A stretch of 64,000 bases of DNA from Phoronis australis. Lineage: Eukaryota > Animalia > Phoronida. Made by a program: the position numbers and the translations under genes. Within the stretch, counting starts at the first letter, position 1, and each line of letters begins with the position of its first letter. The notes below the pieces were generated by a model that worked only from the letters and a program-made list of their open reading frames with translations, ran no database searches and was not told the origin of the DNA. Below are positions 26,726-38,490 of this stretch, piece by piece. Location of the stretch: assembly GCA_002633005.1 (NCBI GenBank), contig NMRA01000027.1, forward strand, positions 753,866-817,865, in the 5' to 3' direction.

Positions 26726-28562
26726 TTTCAGCTTACAACACACTAAACAATCCCTAAATCCAACGTAGTTGAGTTCTCTACTAACCTATCTTGCCGCAGA
26801 ATACTCGCCGATGGAAAGTGGTGGCGACAATTGTTGAAAAACAGCACAAAACAAAAGTAGAATAGAACAGATTCGCACGGGAAAGTCAACGCAAAACCAA
26901 ATGGCGGGAAACGCTTGCCTCCTAAAACGTCACTTCCGGAGTAGCGGACGAGTAATTAATAAAATTACGAAAAGCTGTAATTAAGTGGAAAATATGTCTA
27001 GGATAACCAACCAACCTTATTTTAGCTCAAAATGACATGAAAAAAGGTTGCCTTCGCCTTTAAATAACGTTTATACATGTCTGGCCACTGGTCGCAATCT
27101 TGCCCTAGTGAGGTTGTTTTTCATGACTTCGTGACTTTAAGTTTTGGTACTAAATTACTAGGTTCAACCTACCACTTGGTTGACATTAGCGGTCGCAATA
27201 TGATTTTGACTTAGATAACATCTATGGAAGCGTATAAGTGCCACAACACTCCAAAAACACAACAATTAACATCCTACAAGCCTCACGACATTCTACAAAC
27301 TGCACAACACCCCCACATTTACCACATCACTCCAAAACTCTATACAACATCCCCACAATCACCACAACGCCTCAGAACACTCCGACATAAAAGCATTCTC
27401 CCTGCGTTCAGACAAACGGTTCAGAACGGCTGCCGGATAACATGCGACTCCATTGTTAATTACTACGCAGAGTTTTTGTCACGTATCAAGTGACAACAAA
27501 AGTTAATGAAGCTAAGCATATGCTTTAAAAATTGGCAAACAGGTTTTCGAGTAACAACAATGCCTACGGTCAACAAGCATTTTATTGATATCGCGACTTG
27601 TTCCACAAAGGAGTTACTAAGATACTTGCTACGCCGGTCAGCCGTTTGTCTGCGATCCGGTTGAACAAGTTGGGGTCAACGTTTAAACGCCCCAATATGT
27701 ATCTCAAAATGTTTTGCCGAGATTAGAACAACTCGCAGCGAAGATTTTTAGAGTCAACCCACACCCACCTACATGTACAGGCCTACCCTCTCAGCCCCTC
27801 CGTGGTGTAAGAATTCGGAAAGCATGTAATTATTGATTTAGACAGGAAATGCTGCATATACATATACAAATTCACAACGAGTGAACCAGCCAAAAGCTAT
27901 CACAGACTCTTCTCTGCATAAAGGTCCAGAGCCCAATATTCATATTCGGACAAACCGGTTTAGTAGTGGGTTTATTGACTAAAAGTCAAACACAAATGAA
28001 CGCCTGGACGTATATTTCAGTGGTAGTGACTAATGTACGCTCGGATGTATCAAGAAAAATTCCTGGGACATTTTACCCACTACACAGAATATTTCCTATG
28101 TATAATTGTCCCCAGTGACAGGTAGGAGTTCTTTACTTAAGATTTACTTCAGTTACGGTTTTGTTGACCATTTCCAATGAAACTGGGGAAAGTTTTGGGT
28201 TCTAACCATGCATTTCCCCCTCTTAAAAACACACAAACACTCGCTGAGCGTAAATGCGGAAAAATCCTTATGTGCTCCCACTAGGCTTATCTAAAGATGG
28301 CCCTTTATGCAGAAAACTCCGGTATCCAAATTACACGCCACTCTTGAGTTCGTGACAATAGACTAAGCATGCTTTTTAGATTTCTCAGCGCAATGTTGGG
28401 GGTTCTACAAGAATGAAGCTATCTCGAATAGTTTTGTTCCAAAAATACAACCCTTTTGTAAGGGTTAACCGTCAAACCCGTTCGTAGGTATTCTTGGATA
28501 GCTGTCTTTTAACATGTTAAGCTTGCAGAAGTGCTCAGAGTATCCCATAGTGGCAACGGTTG

Positions 28563-28704
28563 CAGTGGCGGATTTAAAGGGGGGGGGGGCAAGGGGGCCA
28601 TCTCCCGTATTCCATTTGGCACTTCGGGGTTTCGAATGTTTGGCAAAATCCTGGCTAATACTCTGCCCTGGCCCCCCTATCTCACAACCCTGCGTCCGAC
28701 CCTG
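28563..28704. mobile_element. MITE family A
   Basis: CAGTGGCGGATTT...CGTCCGACCCTG termini. Flanks are GGTTG/GGTAG. Confidence 0.8.
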
Positions 28705-31029
28705 GGTAGGTAAGAAAACGTTCGAGAACTGTCTTCGGACTCGTTTATTGACCACAAAATGGGAACGTAAACACGTAGGTAAAAAACCCCGATGAACTGC
28801 AACGGAAAAACCTCAGTTCACTAAACAACGGCACTATGCAATAAAATGACAAAGCAGAATGGGCCAAGCCCATCGTAGGATTCAGAGTTATATTGAAAAA
28901 CCTAGACACAAACAGCAATTCATTACACAGAGGATAGTACCAAATATTCACAACAACCATATACGCTTGCATGAACTACTTACAACATGATAGTTCTTAA
29001 ACGAAATATTTGCAGTACAGTTCGATCAAGATAAAAGTTTGCTTACATTATTTGGCTCTCATAACACAACCGCACTCCAGCACTACTCAAACCAGCCTCG
29101 TCCCGAAGCCTCAAGATGGCGCTGATCGGTTGCCCCATTTGAGGCTTGGATGTGGGAAACGATTTCTGGGATATTTTTACGGAAATCTTCGAAATTTCAA
29201 AAACCTTTGTAGATGTCTGTAATAGGAAAAAAATGTATTCTTTGCAGATTTTAAAACTCCGGGAGTGAAACTTGTTGTATCAATAGGTAGGGAATTTTAC
29301 CAGACTGATAATGCACTTTTTTGTAGGAAGTGATGGTGAATAATCACCCATCTCAGTGCCATGTTTGTATACGCCTTCCATGGATTATCCCTCCGTAAAA
29401 GCATTAGTTGAGGAAACCGAAAGGTGAAGTAAGCTCTATCCCAAACCCCAAAGGATGTGAGTAGAGTACAAACACAAGTGTTTTGTATTCAAAACATGCC
29501 GCTCATATTAGTGTTCTCTGGCTTCATATCCCCTTAGAATTAAATCAAGCTGTCGTGAATGCAAGTTCTGCTAAAAATGGCATCTTGTTTTATCTGGACC
29601 ACTTGCAACTACATAACTGGTATCAACTTGTCCATTTGTGGGTTTGGAAGAACTCAAAGTTTGTTATTGCTCGAAGCCATGTTTTATGCACGATTACCCG
29701 CGAGCTCAACGAAACCTATTGCATAGGCGGATTTAGGGAGAGGCCCACCCACCCCCCTTCGTTGCCGCAAAAAATAGAACGGCAAAAGTATAGGGAAATG
29801 TTGAGTTTATTAATTAACCCCGGCAATTAAAATTATACGGCTGAAACAAGATTTAAATGTGTGCAGTTTTAGTGTTTGTGGGGGAGGGGCTCAGATCCAA
29901 TTTCAAGTGTCAAGTTCGGAACACGGCTCTATCGTAACGGAACTATGGCTAAGTACATGTATAGGCTCTCCCGCGATATCTCAGACGACCGGCAGTGGCG
30001 CTGGGCACTACGGCTCCGTTTCCGTCGTCTGCTCCACTGTGCAATGAAGAAAATCACTTCATTTTTTAAAGAAAATGGAATCTTAGTGACGATGAAAAAA
30101 CAGAAGCTGCTGGTAAGATGTCAATTTTAATCGAAGCTTTAGTGAATCACTCAGAAACTCATAATTCTCTCTTTGTCAACCTTAACTTAAGATGATTACC
30201 AAAGTAATCGCGTCATTATTGCCAACACAAAAAAACGGATTTGGTCTTTTTGGGTAATTGAAGACTACTTAAATATGACACGCTGTGGACCATAAACAAG
30301 TAGGTCTCTTAGTATAAAATTGACAGTTAAATCGTGGTGGTGTAGTGGTAAAGCACGCGCGCTCTCTCCTCCAGGTCGAGAGTTCGAGTTTGTGGCGCTT
30401 GCAGTTTTTCCTGTTTGGCACTCTCTCCGTTTTTTTTTGCCTTTTTTTCTTGGATAATACTTCGGGAATCAAGGAAAATGCTTGATTCTTAGAGGAAAAA
30501 AACAGAAAAATTTCCTGGGCGGGAGGGGATTTGCCGCCCTCCAGACCTCCCCCTATTCGGTGCTATGCGCATCTACAATCGTGCTTTGAGCAAATGTTTA
30601 CAGACAAAATGTTGGGGCTCCCTTGTGATATCCTAGATCCTCCACTGTATTGAGCCAGTTACTGTTGGGTACATTTTGCGTCATTGTCATTCTTCTATGC
30701 TCGAGTACATAATGACTTGTGTGGCTAATTTTTTAGTCCTAGTTTGCAGTTGATAAAACCAACATTAAGGCTAAAACTTCGAGTTTGAACTCGAAATGAT
30801 CTGGAGTGTACTAGTCTAAGACCTATGCCAGATGGTTCTGGAACTGGCCAATCAGTGCTTGACTCTGAGCTTGACCGGAAGTCGTATGTGGTTACTTGGC
30901 GAGAATCTCAGGTCTCCAAACGAAATCTGATGTTCCAACACCGTCGACTTAAATAAGGTCATGCCGTACTCCGTTATGAGAAACGTTCGCGTACCTCGTC
31001 CATTTATACCCGTAAAAATATGCACCATT

Positions 31030-31256
31030 CAGTCTCTCACTCAATTCCTCCTGCCAACGAACGCAAACGACTGGAGACGCGTTTCACCGATCTAGCCCGA
31101 ACTTTTCCGTACAACTCTGATTTCCATCTGTTTAGTTCCTGTTGTAGTTTAAGCACGTTTGTTGACTGCTGAGGGTGACGAATGCACCCATTTCACGAAA
31201 TAAACGGAACAATTGTGAACCAAAGGTATCGAATCAAAGAAAACTGTTGGTAATTT
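31030..31256 (+). repeat. Dispersed repeat, also at ~63040-63250
   Basis: Shared blocks ttcagtctct, tttcaccgatc, atttcacgaaat.aacggaaca.t.gtgaa and aatcaaagaaaactgt. Confidence 0.65.
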
Positions 31257-32160
31257 ATGTTTGGAAGTCAACACCAAGTTTGAAACGAATTTCGGAGAAA
31301 TTATTGTGTGACGTTGATACTTGATGTGGCGACTTCGCGGCGACTTTTGATTTTCCCAGGCTGCCAAACACAGACTGATGTCGCATTGGCGACCTGCATG
31401 TCGCCAAACCGGGTGCTGCTAAAAGAATGTCTCGTTTCTTGAAATTGGAACAGTCACTGGGAAAGTGCGCTGTAGTGGAACCCAACCAGTCTTGAGGACT
31501 GTGTGACTGGGATCCGTGTATTATTGCATCAAGTCATGTGGCTCTCAGATTTAGAACTTGCCACCGTATTTGCCGGGATATCCATATGATAACATAATTA
31601 ATAGTACCGTACATCAAGACGGATACTAACAATTGATAATGACTGTCGCATACTACATCTGAGATTTGCTGGGCTAAAATCATAATTTTAGCCGTCTTTG
31701 ACCAACCATCGATGTTACTTAAGTGGTGTTTGTACTTGCACAGATACGGAACACCGCCGAGCTCTTCCGAATTGGCAGGTTTTATAGTAAACGGCTCCAA
31801 GTGAGTAGGTTGTGTTGCATTTGAGCTGTATGGACGCCCGTCGTTGCCCCGGAAATTTTACACATTCTTTTTGTTTCATTTTTGTTTACATTTCATTATG
31901 CAATTCAATTTTAATTTAGTCTTGTTTTCTCTTCAATGTCTTACATTCATTTTACTTTCATTTTCTTTTTCTTTCATTTCTCAAAATCTTAAAATATATT
32001 ACAAAGGTAACAAAAAATGATCGAAAAGGATGTAAAAATCTTAAAGAAAATCTTTATCAAACAAAAATAAAGTTTGAAAAACGTGTTCAATTCAGCTTTA
32101 AAGTCGTTTTTATGTGAAAATTAAACGAATGAAAATGCAAGGGGGCATTGCTGCCATAGT

Positions 32161-32178
32161 ATCCCACAATGCATTGCG
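32161..32178 (+). promoter_or_regulatory. Staf/ZNF143-type motif upstream of FKRP-like copy 1
   Basis: ATCCCACAATGCATTGCG fits the CCCA.AATGCAYYGC consensus. It is retained in copy 2 (59247-59264) although the surrounding flank has diverged. Confidence 0.45.
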
Positions 32179-32298
32179 ATTGACCTGCTTTCAAGACCAA
32201 ATATGGAACTTTGCATTGTATGCCGCCATTTTACTTTTTGTACTGAGTATCATTGATAGTAATATTTGTTACTTTTCAGATCGGACCACTGAGAGAAA

Positions 32299-34074
32299 AT
32301 GCGGAGAACGAGGTTCACACTGCCACGAAGGGTTAGACTCATTATAGTTATAACAGCTACCTTGTTAATCGTTTTGCTTTTGAACAGGTACTTTAAGATA
32401 GTGGATACAAGTGGGGAAATGGGAACGAGTGTTCGGGAGTCAGATCTCATTGAAATTGCAGCAATGGTAGCTAAGGCTCACAGAACTGCCAACGACATTA
32501 CGGAAACCAGAGGGAGACTCCATGAAATACTTTTGAAAATACAAGGTTTGGTGAACTCTGAGATAGAAACGGTGGTCGAAAAAATGCAGAATCATACTGG
32601 CATTTTAGATGTCTGCCCTGAAGTGTACAATGGTCGCACAACGTCTGATCGTTCTCTCGGTGGACGAGATGGCTTCCCATTATTCCTGGATGAAGAGGGC
32701 TGGGAATTTGACAAGTGTTTAAATGCTCATCCTTTGGAAGATGTTGTAACCTTATTACTGAACGGAGTTCACTATTCAAACCAAAATGTGGAGGACTTAA
32801 TCAATCAAATCCGAAAATATTATCCCAAGCTAAAGCTGTTGGTCGCTACCAAATATGCGCTGAACAAAAAAGATCCAAATATACATACTGTAAGTGGCGA
32901 ATTCAACAACACTGCAAAAATGTGGAAAAAATTGGTATCACAAGTTCAAACAAAGTATGCCGTTGTGTTAAAGGATGTGTTTAGATTCACAAATTACACA
33001 AGGATAGAAAGACTTGTAGACGTAGCTTTCCGTCACGACGTCCCCATAGTGGGTGGGTCGAGTGTAGGATTTAATGGACACTGGTGGAACAACTGTTATC
33101 AGGTCTACATGAAACTTTACGAACTAAGATATATTCACGGTTATCATATATCTAAGGATTCGTGCATGTATTGTGAATATATGGCGGGCCCGTTTTTAGG
33201 ACGGGCTGATTTTTTGAAAGGTCTTTTGAGAGATCTGACGGAAGAGGACGACTTTTTGTTCCACAGAATGTTCTTTAAGATTAAAAAAGAGGGTGTTTTA
33301 GGAATGGTGTGTCCGGACACCATGTTTCATGTTGACCACATAGTTATTGAGAAGACATATGACAAACAGTTTTGGCTACCTTTAGCTCTAAGTTACGGCA
33401 TCACAAAGATTTCCGGTTTATCAGGAATCGTTGAATTTGAATGCAAGGAGCTGTCCATCAAATGTCCATTGCGCCAAAAAGGAATGGCTGAAGCCCCCTG
33501 TTGTCTTAAAACGATGTCACAATGCCTAGAGAAAGCTGCACAACTTGCGAATGAACGAAATGTTGCAATGGAGATTGTCTGTGGCAGCCTTCTTGGAACA
33601 CTGAAGTTGAATTGGGTGATGCCGTGGGATATTGACACTGATGCTCACTATTACAAAGGAAATCAATCGGACACGGACAAATGGAATCCATATTTACGAC
33701 CTTTGGGGTGTGTGCTTCTTCCGACGTTTGGCAATGGAAACGAAAGACAAATGAAGTCAAACAACTGGGTGACAGACTTCACCCCTAAACCCATGCTTTC
33801 GTCCCTTAACTATATGAAACGTACGGGATACAACACCACTCGTGTATTGTTTGGGAAAACATGGATACAGGCACCACCCAGTCCGAGTCTTAATATTAGG
33901 AATGTGTATCGGTCAGAGGTTTATAGACATGTGCCTCATCCAAAACAAGGAGGTTCCTATACATTTCCACAACAATCTTTCCCAAAATGTCCCGAACCAG
34001 GTCATCACGCATGCCTAGACCAGTTTATACCGGACGGGAACTTGCAGTTCTCTATGTATATGGCGAATCCGTAA
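32299..34074 (+). CDS. FKRP-like / LicD-family phosphotransferase, type II membrane protein, copy 1
   Basis: 591-aa uninterrupted ORF with a basic N-tail and TM helix, then a stem domain. It has an FKRP-type Cys cluster (FECKELSIKC...APCC), GSLLG...MPWDIDTD (NTase DxD) and a downstream TDF. Splice acceptor ttttcag at 32279. Confidence 0.85.
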   Translation: MRRTRFTLPRRVRLIIVITATLLIVLLLNRYFKIVDTSGEMGTSVRESDLIEIAAMVAKAHRTANDITETRGRLHEILLKIQGLVNSEIETVVEKMQNHTGILDVCPEVYNGRTTSDRSLGGRDGFPLFLDEEGWEFDKCLNAHPLEDVVTLLLNGVHYSNQNVEDLINQIRKYYPKLKLLVATKYALNKKDPNIHTVSGEFNNTAKMWKKLVSQVQTKYAVVLKDVFRFTNYTRIERLVDVAFRHDVPIVGGSSVGFNGHWWNNCYQVYMKLYELRYIHGYHISKDSCMYCEYMAGPFLGRADFLKGLLRDLTEEDDFLFHRMFFKIKKEGVLGMVCPDTMFHVDHIVIEKTYDKQFWLPLALSYGITKISGLSGIVEFECKELSIKCPLRQKGMAEAPCCLKTMSQCLEKAAQLANERNVAMEIVCGSLLGTLKLNWVMPWDIDTDAHYYKGNQSDTDKWNPYLRPLGCVLLPTFGNGNERQMKSNNWVTDFTPKPMLSSLNYMKRTGYNTTRVLFGKTWIQAPPSPSLNIRNVYRSEVYRHVPHPKQGGSYTFPQQSFPKCPEPGHHACLDQFIPDGNLQFSMYMANP

Positions 34075-37000
34075 TACATATGGGAAATACAACTCAGGAA
34101 TTTGCTGTATTTCTTGTAGGTAGACCCGTCATATGGTTAGGCGAGACCTGAAGTGTCCCTACACGAGAAATTCAGCCAAATTACAATGCAGCTGTCAGAA
34201 GTTGACTGTCGGTTAGTTTAAAAGGTAGCTATGCTTTGTGATTGTGAGTGGGTGCAGAGTAATTAATTGGTTATATGATAACTACTAATTAAAACAAGTG
34301 AAACCTGTTTTTAATTAATTGTAATAAAAATTAAGGACTGTAACTATGCTAGTGCCCTCTTTAAGGATTACTTCAATCAATTAACTATAAATAATGAAAC
34401 GTCTTATCTGCTATCCAGTCCGTAGGACTCAACACTCGTTGTATGACCGTCCTGTTGGTTGAACTTCGAACTCACATACTCTGTACTGTGACAATGTACT
34501 TGCTGGCCACAGTCCTTGGTGACGCAACGACATGCGTAGGCAGTATCCGACTATCCACCATTCTTCTTGATCGCCACAATCCCCTTGTTGCATGGTTCCC
34601 TGCGTGCCGTTAGGTGGTGGCCAGCACTCAGGTATCACTTAGTTTTCATCGGGAAATTTTATACATCGGCTTTTCTGATTGGCTGGTCGAATTCTCAACT
34701 GGCAGCGCTTTACGCAAACGCACGGGCATGACTGATGGAGCAAGTGTAAATGTGGTCTGTTGTACAGACAAATCGGTGCTTAGAATTGATTTTCAGGAAA
34801 TGTGAATCCCTGAAATTGTGGTTGCGCCTCTTTGGAGTGCATTTTTCTATACTGTCGATGACTTTTGTTTACGAAACTGTCCTGTATTCATGCAGTATGA
34901 ATAACACACCGGTTAATCGGCCAGATATGTGTTTATTGTATATATGTGCTTCAAGCACGCGGCTATTAAACATTACTGCAGAAACGAAATAGTTGCTGCT
35001 ACGCCACTTGCATGACAAGGCTAAAAATCGTTCATAGCCCGCCATTTTTTCACGTTGTTGTAAAGCTAACCAATGACTGCCGAGGTTGCATCAACCAATG
35101 CTAAAGCGCTTGATACTCCGTGATACCTGCCAGTGCGTGCTGGCTAGACACGTATAGTAGGGAACCAGCAAGCACAATCCCTTGTGACACAGTAGGCAGT
35201 ATCTTACTACCCACGATACAGTTGACATGCTCTTAGTTAACTTCGTGTTCGTTAACCCTTGCCCTTGCCAAAATCCTCTTTAGAATCTTCCACGAGATAG
35301 CTCTGTTGTATTATTCTTTCAGTACACCGAAGCAAATCTTATAGCTTCAACTATACGAAATTGCATCCCGTAGCCCCCGGAGTAACACACGTTCTATGAA
35401 GGTGTATTCGTGGGCCAATTCTGTGCTTCAAAAACGAAGGTTTCCAGTAATTAAGACAGGTGCATGTATATGGACAAGCTTTTAAACACGGAAAAGCAAC
35501 TGATACAATCCGAAATAGTGTTACAGTGCAGCCAGGCAGCTGTGTGGTTAGTAACCTGAGTCAACAAATCCAACACAGTCATCATGCTAACCTCTGCACT
35601 AGCACTGGGGATAACTGAGGAAAGTCGGTATGTACGTGCGCCGTGAGATCAAATGAAACTTCGCTCGGCATGGGCATCGGAGAGGTTTTGCGTTTCAGCA
35701 AGGTAAAAATATCGGTGAGATCTACAGTCCGAGACACATATTACTCGACACTAAAGTGATGAGAAAATTGAATCGTGATTCAATAAAAGGTTTTAATTAC
35801 CACTCTGAAATCAGAATTGTCCGCAGACTGAGAAGACTCCGATTCGGTTTCACTCACCGGTGGGGGGTTGAGTTCGCACGGCCTCAAAGTCTGCCGATAT
35901 AGCGAGGTTTAACGTATCACATGTATCACGTAGGGTCTGGGTGTTGTCTTCATCACCATCTTCATATTTGTCTTCATAATACTCGTCAAGCTCACTCTCT
36001 AAGTGTCTTACAAAATCACTACTACCCGCCGTTGCATGCATATTGTCAAATGATAAAAGTCTTTCAATGATGACATCACATGGCGGGAAACCAAAAAATA
36101 GTATTTTTCTTTAAAATTCGAAATTAGCATTTATTTCCCCAAATAAATGCTTGTTTGATTAGATTTTTAGTTATGACATTATTATACAGTCTAAATCATC
36201 AAAAAGTGCAAAAATCCAATGAAGGAGCGCTTTAAGGTTGACAAAGACAAATGACGCTCAATTTTTGTTTACACCATGCAAATATGACGCCAAATATAAA
36301 ATAGTCAGGATTCGTCTATAGACCCAAACAGTGTTCAGCATTTTCCACGCAAGACTATACAGTTCCGTCGCGTAAATAAAGTCTAGATTTAATTCTACTG
36401 TACTCAGCTTTATCCGAAAGAGCGCCCGAATCTACAACACAATCAGCATGAGAGCGTGTTGTTGAAAATCGACAGCGCATGCTGGACTGTACGACGGTGA
36501 CACAAGCTTTTCGGCATTTTCACAAAGCTACAGTAACTGTGCGTACAAAACGTTGTATTTTCACCTTCCGATACGAATACGGTGAATACGGCGCTTTAAA
36601 AAGTACAATCTTGAGAATAATTAATAGTTTAATAGAATAATAACTAGTTTGGTTGAGGCATTTAATGCCTACGTTGTACATCAATGTGTGGACTGAAAGC
36701 GTATCTGCGTAAGAAATTGAGTGTACGTTTTTAATAGTTTCCAGAGTCTAGACTTGTTGTCAGGGCCCTACATAATGGTGCTATTCGGAAAACTTACATT
36801 AACTAGAGGGCGCGCGTGTACTAGTGGTGATAGATTAACAGCCTCGATTTCGCGAGCCCTTTAAATACATGGTGAAATGGCTTGCAGCCGTGCCAACTGA
36901 ATCTGAAATTGCGTGAAAAGGGTGCTTCTATGAGAGGAAGTAAGCACGACCTTATACAAAGGTAAGGTTTGTGATTATTTTAACGATTATTCCATGATTA

Positions 37001-37391
37001 TTCTACCGATGCCTGTTAACTGAGGTATTCGCCGATGTCGACTTCGCGGCAGTCGCCAGTCGGGTTAATCTTTGTTTGTTGTGATATGTGATACGATACT
37101 TGACGTAGCAATCGGGATCTTTTCGTACATCAAAGCATTATTATTATTTGGAATGATTTCTAACAGTTTATCAGTGACAGTTACACCAATCAATGCTGAA
37201 TATTTATGCTGTCAACTCGATACAGGTTAATGAGTTAAGATTACAATCCAAACCCAATGGCAAAGGGTACATGACAAATATAAATTGCATTAGACTATTT
37301 GTTTACTCACTATCGTATGTCTTCTGGAAATCTATTACACGTTGAAATGGAAATCTATCACGTCTGTTTTCACGTAACCTCTGGTTTTTAG

Positions 37392-38490
37392 GTTTGAGGG
37401 CTTGTACCGTGCAGAGGAGATATGCATCGCTTCTGCACCGTCCCTGAATGGACAAAAATTGGTTTTTAAAATTTGACTGCAGCTAACCAACAAGATCTTC
37501 CCATCCAGTGCAGATCGGTTGTCAAAGCCTACTTTCAATATTGGAGACAACGAACAAAGCCTTTGAAAAGGAACAGCTGTTTTTAAAGGAAGGTATGTAT
37601 GTCATTTTGTTAATTTACTTATTCAGGTCCTTAGCGGGGGGATTGGCATGGGGGTTGGGTTTGTAATATTTGGTACAACTGAATGTGTGGAAATAACAGG
37701 TAATACATGTTTGGGGAAAAGAGCATGGTGAAGTAATTCTTAACCTTCATGAAGTCCCTTCAAGTTGATTTCATGAAACTGTTTTGCTACTTGTATCAAT
37801 TGTAAACCCATGGAAATATATTACATTTTCGGAATTCACAGTGACTGAATAGTCTTAACTCATGCCTTGAAATGTTGCAAGTCGTTAAAAATTCAAATGA
37901 CTGCCATTTTTGTGAAAATTCCATTTTTGATGGTGCCTTACGATTTGTAATTACTCTTAAACAACAGAAAGATTATCCATCATTTTTAAATGGCCCAAGT
38001 CTTCAAATTCTCTATTAGAAGAAAAATTAAAAGTCTGAGAAACGGTTCACTCAACCTTAAACTAGAAGCATGCTTGACAGACCCATGAACTTCTAATCGG
38101 AGTTTAAAATAAAAAGGCTTGAAAATGGGTAACAAAGGTTTGAAGTTGTCTCAAAAAAATTGTATATCTTACAGACAAGTGATGCGTTTAAAGAATTGTT
38201 ATGGTTAGCAATAAAAAATGCAGACACAGTTTTATGCAATCATATTTCAATATTTCTTCCAGGCCACTTCAAGCTGTATCATAGACAAGCTGTGTTACTC
38301 CGTTCTCTTCCCACAGTACTTCCACACACCAGCAGAGTTGCATGGCACAATGTACAAGTCAGTGGCCCTGGAGAAATGTGAATCGCAGTACTAAGTTACC
38401 ATAAGACAATGTGCTAGTGAACTGTCTGTGTATTCAGACGAACTATATCTGACTGCTACACAAGTAAGCCTTGTTGGTGAGGATGCCCTT
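37392..38490 (+). pseudogene. YqaJ/lambda-exonuclease-like gene remnant
   Basis: 37392-37592 is homologous to 63605-63850. 38263-38490 reads FHTPAELHGTMYKSVALEK..VTIRQC..LYLTATQVSLVGED, a degenerate HG...E..A / YL.ASPDGLV motif. Confidence 0.55.

Larger units (their letters stand above)
25367..27059 (+). mobile_element. Internally deleted Kolobok DNA transposon
   Basis: TTAA TSD (25363-25366 and 27060-27063) and ~155-bp TIRs starting AGGCGAAGGCAAC. It holds convergent THAP-transposase and KolX-like ORF fragments. Confidence 0.88.

Noticed and set aside
27224-27493. 89-aa ORF as a host gene
   Set aside because: It is A/C-skewed and at best a decayed LINE tail. No motif was strong enough to call.
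32498-33760. Antisense and alternate-frame ORFs shared by both FKRP-like copies
   Set aside because: Their conservation follows from the near-identity of the main CDS. They have no motifs of their own.
32299-34074. Horizontally acquired bacterial licD or contamination
   Set aside because: It has a type II TM, a stem domain, an FKRP-type Cys cluster, an upstream splice acceptor and animal transposon surroundings. Vertebrate FKRP also has a single coding exon.
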